From: Prorocentrum cordatum
Taxonomy: Eukaryota
Direction: 5' to 3'
Assembly: GCA_963575745.1 (NCBI GenBank)
Contig: CAUYUJ010000294.1
Coordinates: forward strand, 62,001 to 115,713
DNA: 53,713 nt
Shown: positions 11,084 to 23,509 of the stretch, piece after piece
Layout of the letters: each line of letters starts with the position of its first letter
Numbering within the stretch: the first letter of the stretch is position 1
Program-made: the position numbers and the translations under genes
The notes under the pieces: model-generated
Told to the model about the DNA's origin: nothing
The model's input: only the letters and a program-made list of their open reading frames with translations
The model's database searches: none

Positions 11084-14000
11084 TCCTCCTCCTCCTCCTC
11101 CTCCTCTCCTCCTCCGTCCTCCGTCCTCCGTCCTCCGCCCTCCTCCTCCTCCTCCTCCTCCTCTTTCCCCCAGTCGCCTCTGTGCCCCCTCCCCGCATGA
11201 CGCCCGAGAGCCCGCCCCTTGCCCGGAGCCGCTGGCCTCGGGGGCGGTGCCGGCTCCTCCTCCTCGCTGGCGTCCCGCGCGGCGGCGCGCCGGGTGCGGG
11301 GCGGGGGCTCCGGGCTGGCCTGGCGGAGCCCCCCAGCGGGGGTGGGGGAGGAGGCTGCTGCCGCTGCTTCCCATCCCTCCTCTTCCCTCCTCTTCCTGGA
11401 CCCCGCGCAAGGCTCGCTGCCAGAGGCTGCAGGCGGCGTGCGGCGCCCCCGGAGCGCCCGCGGAGCCGGAAGCTCGGGGCGGGTCGGCCCCCCTCGGCTG
11501 GCGGCGACCGACTGTGCCTGCGTGCTTCCCTCCCGAGTGCACCCCGAGCCCTGACCCTCCTCTTGGGCACCACCCCCCTCGCCCCTGGTCCTGCTCCTTC
11601 CTCCTCGAGATCCTCCGCGGCCAGGTGGGTGCCGCACCGTGGCGTCCACCTCCCACCAGGTTGGGAGGCCAGCCGTCTGCAGAGCATCGGCCCTCACTTC
11701 GCACGTCGTCCTCCGCTTCCTCGTGCCCAGCGAGTTTCGTGTTCTTCGATGCTCGCAGGTTGATTCACAGGGCGGGGAGGGGGGAGGGGCAATTCACGGG
11801 GGGTAAAGCAAGGTGCGCCTTTCTGGCACCTTGGGGGCCCCAGGGGGCTCCTGGAGGGCCCCTTCAGGGCCCTGTACTGCAACCTTCGACCCCCCAATTC
11901 ATCGCCCCCCTCACTGCGATACGCCCGAGATGGCACTATCCGCCTCGCCGCCAGAACGCGAGAATCTGCCGGGCTGCGTTCTGACCAACATGTCGAAGAG
12001 AATCAAGCCGTGGCGACGAGGGCTCTCCAGGACGAGCAGCGGTATCGGTATCTTCCCAAGCAACCGGCGCCTTGATCTGTTCAACACGGGGTCCCCAGGC
12101 GCCCCAACCCTTCCCTCGGGGCCAATTGCTTCATCCCGAGTCGGTTTGACGGTCCCGGGGCCAAGCGAGGGCCCCTGGAGGCCGAGAACCTCCAAAAACC
12201 GTCCGTCGTGATCTGTTGATGGACCCACTTTCAAACACCACTACCATAGGTAGGAGAGGGAGGAGGAGGAGGAGGAGGAGGAGGAGGAGGAGGAGGAGGA
12301 GGAGAAGGAGGAGGAAGAGGAGAAGGAGGAGGAAGAGAAGGAGGACGAGAACCTCCTCATCCTCCCGTCTCCCCCGTCCTACATACATATGGTAGTGGTG
12401 GTGGAACACTTGCCCATCATCTGTTCACGACGCGAGCGCGCCTGGTTCCTTGCCCCTCGCTGCCCCACTCCGCCGATGCTCGGCCGTTGCGGTGGCTTCC
12501 GGGCCCCCACTCCGGCCTCTGGCGGCCGCCCGGCACGATCCGGGCATCCCCCGGTGCGCCCTCGACGAGGCGCAGCTGCTGGAGAGCCTCCCAGGGCTGG
12601 AACGCCGCCAAGAGCCGACGAAAACGCAACAAAAAACCTCAACCTCCACCCCCACCCCCCCTTGTCGCCCCGCCCCGCCCATTGTACGAAACGCCCAAGA
12701 TGCCCCTCGCCTCCTCCTCCTCCTCCTCCTCCTCCTCCTCCTCCTCCTTTTTCCTCCTCCGCCTCCCCCTCTTCCTCCTCCTCCTCCTCCTCCTCCTCCT
12801 CCTCCTCCTCCTCCTCCTCCTGCTCCTCCCTGGATCCACCCCGACCCTCACCGACCCTCCTCTTCCTCCGCCTCCTCCTCGCTCCCGGAGCCTCCTCCGC
12901 ATCTTCGACTCTCCTCGATCCGGCTCGATCCTCGATCCCCCCTCGAGCCTCGATCCTACAGAACCCCCCCGCGCCTCGCCGCGAGAGCGCGAGGATGTCC
13001 CTCCCCCCCCGCGGGCGGCCTCGCGGTGCCTGCCGCGGCCGCGGCTGCGCGTCCGGGAACGCCGCCTCCCCGCCGCGCTTCCGCGCGCGGGCGGTCGGAG
13101 CCGCCGGTTGTGGCCAGTCCGCGGCCTCCCGAGACCCCCCACTGATGGGCCTGCTTTCCACCGCCACCACCACGAGTTGGACGGGGGAAGGAGGAGTAGG
13201 ACGAGGAGGAGGACGGAGAGGAGGAGGAGGAGGAGGAGGAGGAGGAGGAGGAGGAGGAGGAGGACCCCCCCTCCAACTTCTGGTGGTGGTGGTGGAAAAC
13301 TCGCCCATCAGTGGAGCCGCCCGTTTGGGTCCATCTTCGGCCTCCCGAGACCCTCAACGGGCCCAGGGACAGGCAGAACACGTCCTAAGGCAAAAAAACG
13401 TCCCTAGAGTTGGTCTGGGATCTCTGGGGATCCACGCGTAAACAGACACTGGCGCCCTTGCTGCCGAAGGCCCTTAGCAGCTTCACGCGTGGTGTTCTAT
13501 ACCACTCGGAGCAGCCCAGCGGCAAAACAGGAATCGGGCGTTGGCAGAGCAATGTTTGGTGGGACCCGGTTTAGTAATGTGTACTGGGGGACGCTTCCCG
13601 CGCCCCGTTCCACCAACCGGAATTGCCGCCACCCGGAACAAAAACTTAAACTATCTGGCTCAGGGCTCCGGGACCCTGCTACTAACCGCGTCCCCTTTTC
13701 CTGGGGTCCTGGCAATCTGAGTATCGTTTAACCGATCCCCATCCCCAGTGGCGTGGCCTGGGCCCCACTGCCCGATTTACCCCCCTAGATGGGGATGTAG
13801 GTCGTTCCCTTCGGGTTTCGAGGGGTGCATCCCCAATTGGAGAGGTGATTTGGTGGGGGGTATCGAGGGGGACAGGGATGGGGATTGGTTAAACTATATC
13901 GAGGCTATACCCGACGAAAGAGAAACCAAAAGAGAGCGGCGCCCGCGGGCGACGCAAACAAGTCACAAAGCAGTGCGGCGGGCCAAGTGGGCTCCTGCAG

Positions 14001-14769
14001 CCGGCGGCGCTGTCGCCGGGCGCCCCTCGCCCTCGCGCCTGGACCCTAGCAGCAGCAGCAGCAGCGGCGGCGGCAGCAGCAGCAGCCTGGCTCGGAATTG
14101 GGAGACACGATTGCAGAGGCCTCCCCACACGATGTCCGAGTCTTCATGGGCCCCGGAAGCGGCAGAGCCGTTTTTTGTTTCTGCCGTATCCGTAAACATC
14201 TTAATCATAGAAACGGCAAAAACGGCAACCGGGAACGGCAACATAAACAACTCCAGGATTGGAACCAAACTTGGAACCGGTAACAAAAACGGCGACGGAA
14301 CCTGTAAACAACGGCGTCGGAACCGGCAACACAAACAGCAAAACAAAAACGGCCCTGTCGTTTTCAGGACCCACGGAGGTCCGACTTGCACGAACAAGCT
14401 TCGAAATGGCCTTCCAAGGCCCTGGCATCCTCATCGTGCGTCCCTATTCTACGGGTTGACTGGAGACAGGGTCAGAAGATCGCACCGCATCGCCGACGCG
14501 TCGGTAACGTCGGCGCCCGCACGCCCGCGCGGGGCGGGGAGGGCAGAGAGAGATTTGAAAAAGTTGTACCCTTTGCAGACGAAGGCACCAGATACCTTCT
14601 CAGACCGAGTAGATGTGGTTGGAGGATCGAGTCGCATCTCCATGCATCAACGATGCATCGGCGATGCATCGGGCTCCGAGATCGAGCCGCATCGCCGATG
14701 CATCGGCGACGCGACGCGATCCTCCGACCCCATCTACTCGGACCCCATCTAGGAGGCCTAGACCATTAA

Positions 14770-14966
14770 TCGGCGGCGAGCCCGGGAGGAAGTGGGGAGG
14801 GGCGGGCCTTCTCAGGAGGCTAGGAAGTCGCAGGGCCTTCTGAAAGTGTACGAAGCCTTTCCCGCAAGACGCAAAGAGACTCTGAAGGCGCGAGGGCTTC
14901 TGGAAAATCCCACCGCCTTCTGAGAAGACCTTCTCCATCTCACTTCCTCCCATCGCTCGCCGCCGA
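14770..14966. mobile_element. MITE-like family B copy
   Basis: TCGGCGGCGAGCCCGGGAGGAAGTG ... CACTTCCTCCCATCGCTCGCCGCCGA terminal inverted repeats. Confidence 0.7.
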
Positions 14967-15894
14967 ATAAAGAACACGATTATCGGGCCCTGGGGGTCCT
15001 CGTCGGTCCCCAACACCATTAAAAACTATTCAGGGTGAATCGATGGTCCCTGGTCGGAAACTGGCACATTTAACTTTACCAGTGGCGAGCTGCTTGTGAA
15101 TCCCACGACATTTCGACGGTCGGGACGACGTCGGGGTGGTGTGGTGTGTACTTTTGTTTATTCGTTTCCCGGATAGACAGCGAAAACATGTGTACACCAG
15201 GGCCGCGTATGCACCAAGATCCGACTTCCTGTGCACATTTCAGTGCAGGGCTGGGGAAAAGCGTCGGTGTGTAGAGTTCGGTTCCCTGCCCGGGAATGGG
15301 TCGAGACCTCTGTCTGAAGGGAATGCGTCGGAGGACAGAAGCCCAGCACTGGTTCCAGGCCAGCAGAACGGAGGGACAAAAAAGGTGTCCCCTCGTCGCC
15401 ACGGCTGGACACGGCTGGCCCACCCAACATATTGTCAGCTTCGAGCCCAGATAAAATCTTGGGACCGATTTTGAATGAATTTGCCCTCATCCTCCCCCCC
15501 CCCCGCGACTACCTCTGGGCCTAGCAATCCAGCTCAGATCCCCGGCCGGACAGAACCCACTTTAGCAAAACGTGGTTTATTGAAAACGGCCTCGGGCCCA
15601 AATCTGGCGGGCGCAAGCCTGGAACATGACGGCCGCGACGCCCTCTCGAGAACCGAAGCGGACAATTCACGAATCGACGTGTCAGGGCTGGGGTTCTGCC
15701 CACCCCCAAGATTAGGGGTCCGTGAATATTGCGCGCGGGTGCCAGATCCATGGATCGGGGACAGTACCACCCGGCACATGAGGGTTCCGCCCGATTTCGC
15801 GACGGCGTGGGGCGACTCTGCATGGAAGCAAGACCCATCGCGCATCCACGCGCCCGAATTGATCAATGTCTTCTTGCTAATCGGTGGCGATGGG

Positions 15895-16051
15895 TTATGA
15901 GGCCGACGCTGGTTATAATAATGCTGGTGATGATGTTGGTGATGACAGCGATGGTGATGATGATGATGATGCTGATGATGATGATGATGATGATGATGAT
16001 GAGTATTAGGATGATGGTGATGATGATGATGATGCTGATGATGATGATGAC

Positions 16052-16085
<34 letters not shown>

Positions 16086-16600
16086 GCGGTGCTGCTGATG
16101 ATGCTGATGTTGATGATGATGCTGTTGCTGATACTGCTGATGATGATGATTATGAGACGTATGATTATGATGAAGGGGGACATGATGATAGGTAGCCGCG
16201 TCTGGAGGCACAATGGTCGTGCGGAACCATAATCCCAGAAGGTGATGTTAATACTCAAACTGGTGATGATGATGAAGATGGTGATGCTGATGATGCTGCT
16301 GTTGATGATGATGGCGATGCTGATAATGATGATGCTGTTGTTGCTTATGATGATGGTGGTGATGATGGTGCTGACGATGACGATGACGATTAGGATGACG
16401 ACTATGAGGAAGATGATCATGGTGATGATGCTGATGCTGATGGTGATGATGATGATGGTGGTGATGATGACGACGATGATGAGGAGGATGAGGAGGACGA
16501 GGAGGGTGATGATGATGGTGGTGATGATGCTGCTGATGACGATGATGAGAAGAAGGATGATGACGACGACGACGACGAGGAGGAGGACAAGGAGGACGAG
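15895..16600. repeat. Degenerate (GAT)n microsatellite
   Basis: Direct reading. Complementary (CAT)n tracts lie at about 44048-44330 and 49672-49935. Confidence 0.9.
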
Positions 16601-18045
16601 GAGGAAGCCGAGGGGGCCCTGTGGGCGGCCGGCCCCCCCGCCCCCGCCGCTTGCCGCCGCGCTCCTCCGAGCGCCCGGGCCGGGGCTGGAGCCTGGCCGC
16701 CGCGGGCGGCAGCCGCGCGACGCCCGTTGGGGGGGCCTCCTCCTCCTCCTCCTCCTCCTCCTCCTCCTCCTCCTCCTCCTCCTCCTCCTCCTCCTCCTCC
16801 TCCTCCCCCTCCTCCCCCTCCCCAGGGCGAGGACGAGCTCGGGAGAGGAGAGGTCACTCCTGCTGCTCCCCCCTCCGCCCTCTCCACCGACTCCGGCTCC
16901 TGCTCCTCCTCGCCCCCCTCGCACCCGCCCTCCTCGCCCTCGCCCTGGCCCGCCTCGTGCTCTCCTCCCTCCTGCTCCCTCTTCCCTGCACCCGCTTCCT
17001 CTCTCCCCCCCTCCTCCTGTCGAGACGAAGCCAGAAAGACAGCATCAGTCAGAGATACATCGGGAAGCTCTGGAGGATGTCTCTGGCGCCGCGGCCTTCT
17101 TTGAGCGTTCTGGAACGCTCTGAGAGCGCTACAAAGCGCTCTGGAACGGAATCATCCTGATCCAGCCCCGCCCAGAACTAGGAGGCAACTCCCGGGATGG
17201 CCTCGTAAGAAGGATCAAGGCCTCTTCGGCCAGTTTACGCGCCATTTGCTAGAGTAAGCGGGATTAGGCCACACTGGTCGGGAGTACACATACCATATTA
17301 AGCCTGTTTTGACCGTGGATATGCCAGCGCCAATGCTGAACTTCACCTCCTAGGAGTCTAACCAGGGGGGGTGCAGATGCGAGGACTCTTTTTTTACCAT
17401 CGCGACGCCCAAACTTGTTCGCTCACGACGGAAGGATTCTAGCCGTGTTCGACTTCTGGCCCTTGCGGAGCCCCGTGAGGCCGTGAACACAAATGATTCT
17501 CGGGTTGGAAAAGCTGGGTCGGAATTTCTGGGGATCCCTGCCGAAAGAAAACAAGACATCGGATGTCTGGGCTTTCTCCCCATTGTGAAGGGGCCCAGCG
17601 GCAAAGTATGTAAACGACGACAGCGACGAGGAGGACGAGAGGGGGGGTAGTAATGGGAGAAGGGGGGAAGCGCGGCGGCCGCGCCACCGCATGCGAGGGC
17701 AGCGCGGGACGGGGAAGGGAAAGCGCGGCGAGGACGCGGCTGAGCATCCGCTGTCCGATCCCCGTGATCACTGGCATGGCCTCGGCCCAACTGGCCAGCT
17801 CGACCCCTTGCGGTGTGTGTGTGTGTGTGTGCGTGCGTGTGTGTGTGTGCTATCCCTGTGGGACCGCGTCCCCCTGCTCCAGTCCACGGCGTACCTTGTC
17901 CTGTGCAAGATCTTCGGCACCGCCTGTTTTCTGAGGCATCCGGCCGCCTGAGGCCCCGCCCCCCGCGCCCTGTCTCCCCAATTCCCGCGTCCCGTTTAGC
18001 TCTTGACCGGAAGGGGCCAGCTCCCGACCCGCCGACCAAAAAAAA

Positions 18046-18140
18046 GTGTGTGTGTGTGTGTGTGTGTGTGTGTCCGTGTGTGTGTGTGTGTGTCCGTGTG
18101 TGTGTGTGTGAGTGCTTGTGTGTGTGTTTGTGTGTGTGTG
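18046..18140. repeat. (GT)n microsatellite
   Basis: Direct reading. Confidence 0.9.
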
Positions 18141-21058
18141 CTAGTTCCCTTCGGGCTTCACTTCACGGGCCCACACCACCCGGGCGGGTGGCGTGGTGGG
18201 ACCGAGGTGCCCTGGCCCAGTGGGAAGAGGGGGTCGCGTAGGCCACGCGGAACGACGGGCAGAGAGGTGCCGGAGAAGCAGAGCTGCAATGGGCAAGGGG
18301 GGGGGCCCGGAAGGACGCACTCTACGGGGGGCCAGTCGAGACAACGGCGGCACTCCCAGGCGTTCTTCGTGCTTCCTGGCCCCCTGAGGCTTCTCGCTGC
18401 CACGGCTGGATTCGCTTCGAAAACGGAGGCAAGATGGACCACAAGGGAGGTCTGGGGACGGATTTCGAGACAGGGCCGGGCGGAAGAGCCGCCGTTGTCC
18501 CAACCGTAGTGGGGAGCAAGCGGGACAAGCAGTAAGGAAGGACAGACGAGGAAGGATGCGAGAGGGAGCTTCCGCAGTGGGAAGACAGGAGAAGTGTAGG
18601 GAGCAGGCAGGGAGAGGCAGGAGGGGAGGTGGGGGGACAAGAGGAACGTTTCAGTCAGACAGGGCTGGACCTAAACGATGTTGTTCATGTTGTGTTTGCT
18701 TTCTTGTTCGTTCTCCTCTACCTGTGTTCCTGTAGATCCCAGCCAAAACGAAACACAAAGCACAGCCGAAGTCCAGCAAAACAGCGCTCAGGTCGAGCCA
18801 TGCAGTCAGAATGAGGCCTGGAGTCAGGCCAGGCAAGGCGCCCGCAGCCACGACGGATCGTAACTCTCGGTAGGCGCACCAGGCCCAACCACTCGAGGCA
18901 TGACGGAGCATGAAGATGCAAGGAAGGCCCAGGTCTCGCACTGAATCGATTGGGAAGGCTATCTGTGCCTCCCGGCGCCCGACACCCACTTCGTCCCCTG
19001 CCCACCCTCACCCCCTCCATCTGGCCTCTCGCAAGTCGCAGGAGGGCGCCATCCGCGAGAAGGGAACTCGCACGCATGCGACGGAACTCGCACAGCACGG
19101 ACTCGCACGCGCAGACATCGCACTGACCTGCCTCTTATGATGCAACTCGAGCGGCGGAGCTCGCATTGACGGAGCTTGCGCGGCCGAGACCGCTCGAGGA
19201 GCGGCTCCGCAGCGGCGGGGGCGCTCCACTGGGCCTCGTGCGAGCTCCGCCTCGTGCGAGCTCCGCCTCGTGCGAGTGCCGTGCGAGTGCCGTGCCATCT
19301 CAGTGCGAGCTCCGCCCCCCGTGCGAGCTCCGCCCGTGAGCAAGCTCCAGCGCGTGCGGGGCTCCGCGGCCTCCGCTGGCAAGAGAAGTATGGCGACTCC
19401 GCAAGACCTTCGACTGGACGAGACATGCGGGGGGCCCGACTCGGGGATGCCCGATAGGGGGTCGTCCACCCTGGATGGGGGTGCCTCCTCCTCCTCCTCC
19501 TCCTCCTTCTCCTCCTCCTCCTCCTCCTCCTCCTCCTCCTCCTCATCCCCCTCCTCCTCCTCCTCCTCCTCCTCCTCCTCCTCCTGCTCCTCCTTCCTCC
19601 CTCCTCCTAGCGCCAAGGCAAAGCATCCCCCACGCCCCTTCTGTTCTGAACGCCAAGACTGCATGGAGGACCTCGGGGACCTGGGGCCAAACATGGAGTG
19701 CGAACCTCCTCTCCCATCCTCATCCTGCGCGTCTGACAGCAGCTAGCTAACCGTAAGACTGTCGTCTGACCTCAGTCGCTTCACCCCGGGACTTTGCCAT
19801 GACGGGCGCGCACGGCGCGATTCTCTGGCGGGCCGCGGCGGATAACCATGCCAGGGCTGACGGTGGTCCGTCGCCAGGCCTATAGCGCTCCTGGGGAAGG
19901 GGGGGCATCGAAGGTGGGCGCGACAGAGGGAAGGAAGCAGAGCGGAAGGGAGGGATGGAACAAACATAGGGAGGCAGGGACTGAGGAAGGGAGGGGGGAA
20001 AAGAGGAGGAAAGGGAGAGAGCGAGCAAGGTAGCAAACCATATTGAGGGGTAGAGATGGAATAGCTGAATACACGTGGCACGGCGATAAAGGTGGGCTGG
20101 CAAGCAAGTAAGGGGATGACGCGAGCAGAAAGAGTGCGGACAGGGCGAATGCAAAGATCCTCGACCCGTCATGATCCGTCGCCCCCCACGCAAAAACGGG
20201 TGTTCATGTTCGTCGCGCATCGGGCATGAGTCGCGGGTCGAGTAGCGCTTGGGGCTGCAACGGATGCCAAATCACACTTCCTGTGCAAAGGCGTCGGTCG
20301 TGCCCGTCGTGGTGCCGTTTTGCGATACGAAGGGGGTGCGGACAAGGAGCGCATGGCAGGGGTCGGTGGGTTCGTCGCCAACCCGAGCTGCAGACCACCA
20401 ACTGTGATCCTTGACGGCCCAACGGGCCAGAGGCGTGCTAAGATCTCCGGTAACTACTTAACAATATTTCTAGTTCGCGCGCGCGGGGCGGCCCCTGGGG
20501 GGCCCCGGGCGAAAAGTACCCCGGCTGGGTCCCGGGCGATCCCCAGGGGGGGGAGGCTATTTTCGCCACCCCTCACGAGGATCGTGGCCTCCGATGGGGG
20601 GGAGGCTGCAATCGACTACCCCCCCTCCCGCCCCAAAGGGCCCCCAAGAGTTCCCCAAGATGCCCCAGGGGAGCCCACTGCGCCGCCAGGGAGCCCCAAG
20701 ACGCTCCCAAGAAGCCCCTAAGAAGCCCCCAAGACGGCCCCAAGAGGCCCCAAATAGCGCTCCAGGGCTGGCGGAATGAGCGAAACGATTAAATAAGCGT
20801 TCGTTCTCAATTATCCGCGGAAAAAACACCCGTGACTGGCCCCGCCCACCTCCCCCCCTGGTCACGTCACGACTTGGGCCAGCGCCGTCTGGGAATTAGA
20901 CATCCCTAGTATTATGTCGGGCGTGTCCCCCTACAGGGGGATTTTCGACGAAAAATAAAATGAACCCCAAAACTACCCAAAAAGGTAAACAAATACTCAA
21001 AACATAGTCCCCAAACTATTTTTGGACAATTGTTTGATTATTTTGGGGGTATTTTTTT

Positions 21059-22817
21059 GCCCAACCCTCCTTGGTTGGGTTTTCGTTTTGAATAGAGCAG
21101 TGTGGTCTCCACTCTCTCCTTCCCTCCTTCCCTCTTTCCTGCCTCCCTCTTGCCTCCTCCTGTCTTGCCTGCGGAAGGCTGCGATCTGTGAAACTGTCGC
21201 CACTTTCGAGGCCTGCTGGGGGGCCCAGCACAGTGACGCCACGGGCAGATTCAAACTAGACCTCGCCATCCCTGGGGGGCTGCGATCTGTGAAACTGTCG
21301 CCACTTTCGAGGCCTGCTGGGGAGCCCAGCGCAGTGACGCCACGGGCAGATTCAAATTAGACCTCGCCATCCCTGGGGGGCTGCGATCTGTGAAACCGTC
21401 GCCATTTTCGAAGCCTCCTGGAGGGCCCAGCACAGTGACGCCACGGGCAGATTCAAATTAGACCTCGCCATCCCTGGGGGGCTGCGATCTGTGAAACTGT
21501 CGCCACTGTCGAGGCCTGCTGGCGGGCCCAGCACAGTGACGCCACGGGCAGATTCAAATTAGACCTCGCCATCCCTGGGGGGGCTGCGATCTGTGAAACT
21601 GTCGCCACTTTCGAGGTTTGCTGGGGGGCCCACCACAGTGACGCCACGCGCAGATTCAAATTAGACCTCGCCATCCCTGGGGGGCTGCGATCTGTGAAAC
21701 CGTCGCCACTTTCGAGGCCTGCTGGGGGGCCCAGCACAGTGACGCCACACGGAGATTCACACTAGACCTCGCCATCCCTGGGGGGGCTGCGATCTGTGAA
21801 ACCCTCGCCAATTTCGAAGCCTGCTGGGGGGCCCAGCACAGTGACGCCACGGGCAGATTCAAATTAGACCTCGCCATCCCTGGGGGGGCTGCGATCTGTG
21901 AAACTGTCGCCACTTTCGAGGCCTGCTGGCGGGCCCAGCACAGTGACGCCACGGGCATATTCAAATTAGACCTCGCCATCCCTGGGGGGCTGCGATCTGT
22001 GAAACTGTCGCCACTTTCGAGGCCTGCTGGGGGGCCCAGCACAGTGACGCCACGGGCAGATTCAGATTAGACCTCGCCATCCCTGGGGGGCTGCGATCTG
22101 TGAAACCGTCGCCACTTTCGAGGCCTGCTGGGGGGGCCAGCACAGTGACGCCACGGGCAAATTCAAATTAGACCTCGCCATCCCTGGGGGGCTGCGATCT
22201 GTGAAACTGTCGCCACTTTCGAAGCCTGCTGGGGGGCCTAACACAATGACGCCACGCGCGGACCCAAATTAGACCTCGCCATCCCCGGGGGGCTGCGATC
22301 TGTGAAACTGTCGCAATTTTCGAGGCCTTCTGGGGGGCCCAGCACAGTGACGCCACGGGCAAATTCAAATTAGACCTCGCCATCCCTGGGGGGCTGCGAT
22401 CTGTGAAACTGTCGCCACTTTCGAAGCCTGCTGGGGGGCCCAGCGCAGTGACGCCACGGGCAGATTCAAATCAGACCTCGCCATACCTGGGGGGCTGCGA
22501 TCTGTGAAACTGTCGCCACTTTCGAGGCCTGCTGGCGGGCCCAGCACAGTGACGCCACGCGCGGACCCAAATTAGACCTCGCCATCCCTGGGGGGCTACG
22601 ATCTGAGATTCCCGCTTTCGAAGTGGCTAGGGTTGCTCAGGGATTGTAACTAATCAGCTTTATCTAGTCCTTGTCCTGTAGCCAGTGTCCTGCGACTCTC
22701 CCGAATTCCGTTTGCAGACATATGTAGACCCTCGCTCCGTCATCGCCCTCCTTATAAAGTGTCCTAAACTATTTGCGCCCCGCGTTTGCGCAGGGGTTGG
22801 GTACGTCGCCAAGGTGA
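21059..22817 (-). mobile_element. Putative non-autonomous Helitron2/Helentron-like element carrying the 101-bp satellite
   Basis: Minus strand starts TC(ACCTTGGCGACGTACCCAACCCC) and ends ...TTCAAAACGAAAA-CCCAACC-AAGGAG-GGTTGGG-C (terminal hairpin). It has a subterminal inverted repeat CCCAACCC/GGGTTGGG and is inserted in a T-rich site without an obvious TSD. Confidence 0.5.
21177..22605. repeat. Tandem satellite, 14 full units of 101-102 bp plus a partial unit
   Basis: Unit GGCTGCGATCTGTGAAACTGTCGCCACTTTCGAGGCCTGCTGGGGGGCCCAGCACAGTGACGCCACGGGCAGATTCAAATTAGACCTCGCCATCCCTGGGG, with only a few substitutions per unit. Confidence 0.95.
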
Positions 22818-23509
22818 TTATTTTTCGTCGAAAATCCCCCTGTAGGGGGACAGGCCCGACCTAACCCTAGTACCCTCGCCCCTCCTCCCCCTCCCCCTGG
22901 TCACGCCCCTGAACAGGACAGTTGCTCTCTGGGGTTGCGCTCTCGGCGGCATGGTGGTACGCGTCCCGAGGCTGGAAAAACGCCAAGAACCGACGAGAGC
23001 GTCCACAATCCTGATTATCATAGCATCGCTGCCCTGACTCTGGGGAGACGACAGAGTATCAATACAGCTACTCTGTGAACCTTTCATGGGATGCGTCTTC
23101 GCCGAAATTCCGAGGCGAATCCGGCCATGGCGACGAAGGCGGCCCAGAAGATCCGAAAAAACGAAAACCAGACATAACTATATGTACACTATATATATAT
23201 ATATGTATCTATAAATGTGTATCCTCTTCCCCTGTGATCTTGGACGCCCCCGAAGATTTTTGATGAATCTTTGTTGGGCCTTGTCTGTCCCATCGCGCCC
23301 GCACCCGCGTCGAATCCGTGTCAGACTCGTCGAATCCGCGTCGAACCCGCGTCAACTCCACGCCACGCCTGCGTCGAGTTCGCTCCAGGAGGCACCAATG
23401 GGGGGGACCGACGAGGCCCCTCGACACGGACGCCCGCTGGGGGGTACGGGCAAAATTGGGTACGACGCCCAACATCAGAGACATTGGCCCAAACCGGCAG
23501 CGGCCACTG

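Larger units (their letters stand above)
20912..22864. mobile_element. MITE family A copy split by a 1.76-kb insertion
   Basis: 47-bp TIRs at 20912-20958 and 22818-22864 (2 mismatches). Joining 20912-21058 to 22818-22864 restores a copy like 7116-7310. Confidence 0.8.

Noticed and set aside
21177..22605. CRISPR array
   Set aside because: Whole 101-bp units repeat with no unique spacers, there are no cas genes, and the context is eukaryotic.
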